Made by a program: the position numbers and the translations under genes | Source: Paramecium tetraurelia | Taxonomy: Eukaryota | NCBI GenBank assembly: GCA_000165425.1 | Contig: CT867992.1 | Span: 186,001-250,000 of the forward strand | Direction: 5' to 3' | DNA: 64,000 nt | The notes under the pieces: generated by a model | The model's database searches: none | The model's input: the letters and a program-made list of their open reading frames with translations, nothing else | Told to the model about the DNA's origin: nothing | In this document: one piece after another, positions 57,073 to 64,000 of the stretch | Numbering within the stretch: position 1 is the stretch's first letter | Layout of the letters: each line of letters opens with the position of its first letter

Positions 57073-57309
57073 GTTTTAATAACAATATAAAAATAATATC
57101 ATTATTATTTGTAAAATATAAAGAGATTTACTGACAATTCTTTCTATATAATTTTTAAACTTGCAATTAGTCTTTAAAAGAGAAGTAAATACAATAAATA
57201 ATTAAAAAAAAAAATTTGTTGATTTTTCTTTTATTATTTCAGGTAAGAATTTTTAGATTAAGTTAACGTTGTATCAGCTTGAATCTTTTTTTTTAATTAC
57301 TTATAATAT

Positions 57310-57970
57310 TTATTAATTAGAATTGTTTTAGTATTTTTGTGATAAATTATTTCTGGATATTTTCAAGATTATTTTTATATATATATAATTTTTATAAGTG
57401 ATAAAGAAAGTCAAAATAATCTTAAAAAATAGATCTTAAAATAATATTCAAATAAATCTTATAAGACATTAATAAATTTATATTAAATATTTGATAAGAG
57501 ATGATCTGGATATGATTTTTCTAGTAATTACTTAGTTTCTTCAGAGACTTATACATTTCCTCTTCCTCCATTAGACTCCAATTTATTAGAAATCATGTCA
57601 TCAACAAAATTTTTAGCTTCTTAAGCTGGATTTCTTTATGTAACATCTACAATACCAAATGCAACATAACAATCTCTAATTATATATAATTTATAAGCGT
57701 TTTATAATACCTAAATCCTAGCAAAAAAAATGATATTGAACTATAAATGTCATGCAACTCTAAAAAATAGTATAATATGCAATTGCACCATCCTTATAAT
57801 GAATCAATAATATCAATAATTATGAGATAAAGAGGCCAAGGTTAAAATAAACCTTGTACTTAATCTTAATAATTGAAAGTGAGCAGAAGAAACAAATTAA
57901 TAAAATTCCTTCTGCTTATAACTCCACTGATTTTTCAGACATCAAAAGGAATTTTACAAGAATACTAATT
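57310..57970 (-). pseudogene. internally deleted copy of the guanylyl cyclase 3' end and 3' flank
   Basis: Successive direct matches to about 37452-37647, 37822-37923, 38094-38198 and 38458-38723. Confidence 0.9.
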
Positions 57971-58083
57971 ATATTCAGAAAAATAATGAATATTTTATGC
58001 CAGAGACTAATAAAATAAAATTGATTATATTTTTATCCTATTTAATTTCTTGGCTGCGTATCTAGATTAATTAATTAAAAATA

Positions 58084-59740
58084 ATGTAATAAAATCCTCC
58101 GTTTGATTCGAAATAAAATTTGTTTTGTTCTAATCACAGAGAAGAGTATGTGCGATTTTTTTGTCACAATAAAAATTGCTCTGATAATAGAGTGTGTTGT
58201 CAGAAATGTTTATCGGAATAATACCATTAATATCATCTAAATGAGATACTAAGCTTAGATACATTGTAAGAATTTATTTTTATTTCTTCAAAAAATGTAA
58301 AAGGTGTGATCTCAAGTGCTAAACAACAATTTGAAAGCATAAAATCCGCTTTAGATATCTTCCTTTCTAAAATAGAAATAAGATATCTAGTATAGAGTTA
58401 GCACTTAAAACTATGAGCACACTTTAATTAGAGTAACTTATTAATTACTCTTTCAAATATGATGAACTCGAGAAATTATTAAAAACCTCGATTGATGGAT
58501 TTGCAAGTAACATTTAGAAAACCCTTGATGGAATTTATAATAATTACTCCTTATATGATAAAATAAATGTTGATGAATATTTGTTGCCTTAAATGGGTAT
58601 AGTTTTAAATTTTAATCATTTTTCAGGAGATGAATTATTTAAAAAAGGGGATTTTATAAGAGCCATAGATTTTTATGATTAGACACTCTAAATTAATCCA
58701 GAAAACATTTAAGCAATTTTGGGAAAGGGTATTTCTTATTAATAATTTAGCCAACTCCTTAAGGGCTACTCAAAAATATATGGAAGCAGAGTAGATTTAC
58801 ATAAAAGCAAAATAATACAATAAAAATGATAAAGTCCTTTTATTTGATTTTGGTAAATAAATAAAATATTCAAGGCGAATGTTTAAGATAACAGATGAGA
58901 ATTGATAAAGCAATAATTGAATACGATTTAGCAGTATAAATTGACGAAAACTATGATGAAGCTGCATTTTATTTAGGTTAATACAAATAATATCTTAAGG
59001 GATTTGTCACATTTACTAAGGAATATGGAAAGTATAATTTAATGGGGAAGATGGAGAACCAATACAAAAAGAACTTTTTTCATATTTTAAACGAATTTCT
59101 ACATTAGGCTATGATGGTACTTATAAAACTTTATCCAATGGTAAACCCTCTAAATAATTTAGCTTTGTTCTTAAGTCTAGACGGTTACTTTGAGGATGCT
59201 ATGAAAATGATTGAAGAGGTCGTAAAAACTTCACCATAAAATTATGAAGCCCTTTTGTTAAAAAGTTTATTTATACGAATATGTTAGGTTTCTTGTTATT
59301 TGGTAAAGAGAAATATAATTTATCACTGGAATTCCTTGAATAGATATAAACCTAGGATTTATTCATAGGATTTTTTAGGAGTATAATATTTGATCTGATT
59401 TAGGTTTATGTTTACTGAGTTTAGAATAATATAATAGTGCAATCAAATTATTAGATAAGATTCTAGATTCTACACCTGAAAATTAATATGCCCAAATTTT
59501 TAAGGGTAAGTTTGCATAATAATTAGGCGTTTGCTTACTGAAAATTAAATAACCAAAGGAAGCTTTGACGATATTTAATACTATTTTAGAAGCTGATCCC
59601 CATCACAAAGCTGCTTAGAGTTACAAAGGTAGAATTAAGTCATAATTTTAAGATTAATGTCTAGAAGAAATTGGAGATTAAAATGAAACAAATTAAGATT
59701 AGGAGTAAATCATTTTATATATTATAGATTAAAGATTTGA
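58084..59740 (+). CDS. B-box-like Zn finger, coiled coil and TPR repeat protein
   Basis: CSNH..C.NKNC..CCQKC...H..H, then TPR units (GDELFKKGDFIRAIDFYDQTLQINPEN..GECL..AIIEYDLAVQIDENY) separated by many short introns. Confidence 0.8.
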
Positions 59741-60116
59741 TATATAAATCTAAAAAAAGAAATATAAATCTTAACTAATTTATTTTATCATTAATGAATT
59801 TCAATTTAATTATTGGCTGTTATATAAATCTAGCTCTTGCATGGGTAGTTTCAACATTTGAAGCGTGATTATTATGAATTCTTGATCAGCCTTTTCATTA
59901 GATTTAAAATTTTGGGATCATAAATTATAAGGATTTCATACAAATATCATTATATTTACAAATTGATCTATCTTTATTAAATGCCCCAATAGTTTATATC
60001 TATTAGTTTATCATTTATATGATGTCTATGATTAAAAGAGTTAAGTGATCAATTCTTTTTGATTATCATTCTCTAAAGAAAAATTTATCAGAATTTTTGA
60101 CTTTACATAAAATATT

Positions 60117-60560
60117 ATGGGTAATATCATTAACCCGAGAATAACAGGTATATTATTTAATGTTAGAGACATGTGAAGTTTTAACATTGAAGAAACAGTT
60201 AATTTCATATTTGACTATTTAAAAGAAAAACTCTAACAGACAAAACAAACGATTGATGGTTTTTAATATATTTTTTGTCTTTCATTTTGTAATAGTATTA
60301 TGGGGCAAGCTATGGCGGTACTTGTAGAACTAGAACAGTCTTGCTTATTTGGGTTATTATGTATCGTTATTTATAGAGTCCAAGGAGTGGGTTTGCTACA
60401 GAATGTTTGATGACGAGTGTGGATTTGATTATGTTATTACTTTTGTAATCAAATGAATGAACTGTAAAGCCTACTCAGCCCAAATGTCAATGGATTAGTG
60501 TTAAACATAAATATTGCATCTAGCTTTGTAATTATTAATCATTAATTGTAATTATTATCG
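60117..60560 (+). CDS. possible small hypothetical gene
   Basis: ATG followed by GT..AG micro-introns and an open segment LWGKLWRYLQ..EWVCYRMFDDECGFDYVITF; model uncertain. Confidence 0.3.
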
Positions 60561-60694
60561 AGAATTCTCATTAATTTATAATATATATTAATGTATATAA
60601 ATTACCGGAAGAAGAAGATTCTTGAATTTAAAAATCGAATAGCAACATATCTCAAGATTAATAATTTATTTCACAATTTACATTTTGCTTATTT

Positions 60695-62278
60695 ATGTCA
60701 TAAAGCCAAGAATAAATGGTGCGATCTAAAGCTTAAACCTTAATGATCAGCTTAAATATTGCTTTAGGATCATTAAATATCGGGTATGTAGTTACATACT
60801 TAACATTATCAATTGATACCCTTTTCGCAGTGCTGTAAGAATGTTATCTATCCATCTAGGGGTATAGGTGAAGAGGAAAAGACAGAGAGATTAAGTTTAC
60901 TTGCTGGAATCCTTCCATTAGGAAATGTAGTTGGAGTATTTGTTGGTTACTTGTTGAAATAAAAATTTACAAACAAATAGTGCCTTCACATAGCTGATCT
61001 AATAGGAATAACTAGTCTGTTAGCTGTTATAGCTGACTATTATCTAATTGTTGTTGTCAGATTCTTTCTCGGAGTTTCCAATGGAATATCCAGTTATTTG
61101 ATGCCAGTGTATATAAAATCGATCTGTCCACAATAATATTTCGGTTAATTTAGTATGTTCGTTGGATATGGAATAAATACAGGCTATGCAATTGGATAGT
61201 TGATGGGAATAGGATATATAGAGTATTAACTGAAATATTCTTTATAGTTATTCTGGGCCATCTTCTAATTGGTGGAGAGTGGTGTTCTTGTTCCCAACAG
61301 TCATCTGCATTCTACGTTCATGTATAATGCAGTTTGTATTTAATTATGACAGTCCTGAATAATTGATACAAAGGGGAAACATGGAAAAGGCAAAATATGT
61401 ATTAAAACAGCTAATCATTTAGGTCATTTGCTCAATTTATAAAGATCAATATGTTGATGAACAATTTGAAAGGTACCAGAAAATGGCCACTGATTAATAG
61501 AAATAAAGTAATAAATCATTCTTGAGTGTTTTTGAAAGAAAGAAACTTGTTACTTTATAGACTGGAATAATATCGGTATTCAATAATTTAACAATTAGAT
61601 GTTAGTATAAATATGGTGTGGAGTGTTTGCAGTATTTTATTATAGTGCTTAAATATTCTCTGATATGGCTGATGATGATGTTGTTTAGAAGACTATATAT
61701 ACTTTCTGTTTAGGATTGTCAGGATTCGTTTCTCAGTTTTTTACAATCTATATGGTCAATAAATTGGGAAACAAATACATTTTAAGTATTTAATTTTAAT
61801 ATTAATAAAGTGATTGGATCTTTTTTAATTGGATCACTTAATTTAGCTGTTTCAATTATTTCTAGACAGGTAACAGCTGGAAATGAATTTGCTATTTTTA
61901 TTTTGTTACTACTTTTGGTGATGACATTTGGATCCACTTTAGGTCCAGCTGCTTGGGTATGAATAATCAATTTATATCTTTTTAGAGTATTGTACCATAA
62001 CTAAATGATAGTGATGGAACCTTTATCGCTACAGAATTTAGATGGGCATTTTAAGCCATTGTTGTATTCTGTTTTCCTTTTATGGAAAAGAATCTTAAAA
62101 TATTTGGTGCCTTTTTATTCTTTGCTATAATTGACTTTTTATATTTTATCTATTGTCACTTCTTTTTGATCGATGGCAGAGGAAAAACAACGGAATAATT
62201 AATTGCAGCTTATCATAATAAATTCGGTTATTCAGTCGTTCCAGTAACCAATTAATAGCTATCAAACATATAAACTGA
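60695..62278 (+). CDS. MFS sugar-porter-family transporter
   Basis: IALGSLNIG, VRFFLGVSNGISSYLMPVYIKSICP..G, WWRVVFLFP, DSPEQL, VFYYSAQIF, FGSTLGPAAW; multiple TM segments; short introns. Confidence 0.88.
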
Positions 62279-62426
62279 TTTATAATAGCCTTAGGAGTAG
62301 CAATTGATAACTCAATAATAAGGAAATCCAAAGAATGAAAATGAAAAGTGATTACCAAGGAATATCCAAATTCAATTTTGACTTTATTATAATTGTAAAA
62401 ATCATAGATATATATACAAAATCATT

Positions 62427-63613
62427 TCATATTATATATTATTTGATATTTTCAAAACCCTTCTCTTAATATTCAGCCTTAGTAAAGCAAGCATTCTAAA
62501 ATTCAGTACTTCTATTGAAATGCAACGATCCTTAAAACACAGAGTCAATATCATCAAGATGTGTCAAATTAACATTCCAATCAACTGAACAATTCTGCCT
62601 TATTTCATTAGATAGTCTATTATGAAAAGAACTAAAAAAGCTGTTTCCTCCACTTATATAAATATTCTCTGCAAAATATCCTTGTATATCTTTGTGTATG
62701 GTTGACAAACTATCAAAGAATGTTTCAGTAGGCCCTTTTTAAGCCAAACCGATTTCAGTTGGTCTAAATAAAATCTCAGGTATAGTGATCCTTTCTTTGT
62801 CAAGAGTTAATTTCTCATCTAGAAATCCAACATTCAATAGATCGACTGCATATCCTTCCCTTCTAATCTCAAAATCAGGCAAAATATAGTATTTACGAAA
62901 ATGATTTTTTGGCTTTTTCATATCTTGAAAGTAATTCATGGAAACAAAACATAAAAGTTCTTTGATTTTACTGCTTAATAGGAAATAGTTTTTTAAATCA
63001 AACTATTTGAAGGAGATGTTATCCTTCAATTAGTTTGTTAGCAATCTCCCACCAATGTCGATTCTTCTCAAACCACTATACATGATTTCACCATCAAATA
63101 TCGGTACCAGATAAGTAGCACTGTGACTTGAGTCAATTATATATGTGAATTGTTTTCTGGATACTCCTTCTCTGGCCAAAACGTTATAATAGAGCATTTT
63201 CTAAGTGTTTATCGGGCAAAATGCATCAACATTATAATACTCGAACATCACATCGAAAAGTTTGTTAACTACTTAATCGGGAGTAAAAGGTTAAAATGGA
63301 TAAGTGATTGAGCAATCCTTAAGAAGCTTTGGATTCAGAAATTTATCCCTATAATCGATTGAGCAGTTTAATACCATATATTGATTTATTTATCAAAATC
63401 TACGAGGACTCCTCTTACGTGAGGCTTGTAATATGTCATCACTTGAGATTCATCAAATAATGAATCAAATTCATAGATCATTTACCCAGTCTTTTTTAGA
63501 TGAGCTATTAGATTCAATTGCTTGTGTTTCTAAACATCATTTCCATATCTAATTTAATATGAGCCATTATCAAGAACAAAGCGCCTTTAATTATTTTACC
63601 TCCAATTATCCAT
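62427..63613 (-). CDS. ARP6: Actin-related protein, ARP6-like
   Basis: FVLDNGSYQIRYG..PHVRGVLVDFD..IDSSHSATYLVP..RIDIGGRLLTNQLK..YYILPDF..ERITIPEILFRPTEIG..SGGNSFF. Confidence 0.8.
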
Positions 63614-63654
63614 TATTATAATTATAGTATAATTATTTATAATACAAAATATAA

Positions 63655-64000
63655 TCATTTATTGTATTTCTTTATTATTACCAACACCATCACTGCAATC
63701 TCAAAAACACTCACACTCAATATTGTGTCCCAGTCCAGTTCCAAGAAATCTTTAAAATGCAAAGTAGGTAGTATTGCTACAAATACCATTGCGAATTCCT
63801 TAAATTTCTTTTTATAAAATGCTAAATAGATTGAGTAGACTGGTAGAATTATAAGCAAAGGACATGTAATACAAATAAGCAAATAGTGCACTATGAAGCC
63901 AAATATTTAAGTGAAAATATCGAAAAATCCCATTGTATATAGTAATTAGAGTCCCCAACTGAGAAATATCATTATGTGAAATGATTTTATTAACATGCAG
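63655..64000 (-). CDS. 3' part of a multi-pass membrane protein (runs off the window end)
   Basis: Hydrophobic ORF ..HYLLICITCPLLIILPVYSIYLAFY..VFEIAVMVLVIIKKYNK*. Confidence 0.5.

Noticed and set aside
45963..57235. Repeats as simple assembly duplicates or alleles
   Set aside because: The copies differ by many substitutions and in-frame indels and have distinct junctions. Only the near-identical Rab-side arms remain open to mis-scaffolding.
34231..57970. GTPase repeats as a transposon (Tc1/mariner, Helitron or Polinton) or viral insertion
   Set aside because: No DDE transposase, HUH/helicase or RT motifs, no terminal inverted repeats or target-site duplications were seen, and the boundaries differ among copies and fall inside host genes.

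Overview
AT-rich, gene-dense ciliate DNA, most consistent with a Paramecium aurelia-complex macronuclear chromosome. TAA/TAG read as Gln, TGA is the only stop, introns are about 20-30 nt (GT..AG), and a trichocyst matrix protein and a Paramecium-type histone H3 are present. The supplied standard-code ORF track is therefore mostly fragments or artefacts; genes below were re-read by hand with translation table 6. About 30 genes can be read, including Rab1, Sec63, a MAK/ICK kinase, a cNMP-gated K+ channel, PDI, GST, HMG-box, two cyclophilins, a SNAP-25-like SNARE, a cyclin, H3, a P-type-ATPase/guanylyl cyclase fusion, centrin, a sugar transporter and ARP6. The unusual part is 34.2-58.0 kb. It holds three apparently intact, intronless, ~900-aa paralogues of an uncharacterised AIG1/GIMAP-like P-loop GTPase (+, -, +), each flanked by pieces of the same Rab gene and the same guanylyl cyclase gene. 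The copies are sequence mosaics of each other with a hypervariable C-terminus, and the third block is circularly permuted relative to the inferred ancestral order. Other points of note: a non-canonical tRNA-Trp-like cloverleaf at 33.6 kb, and two divergent genes whose start codons are only 5 bp apart at 18.6 kb. All product calls come from manual translation and motif recall; no database searches were run.
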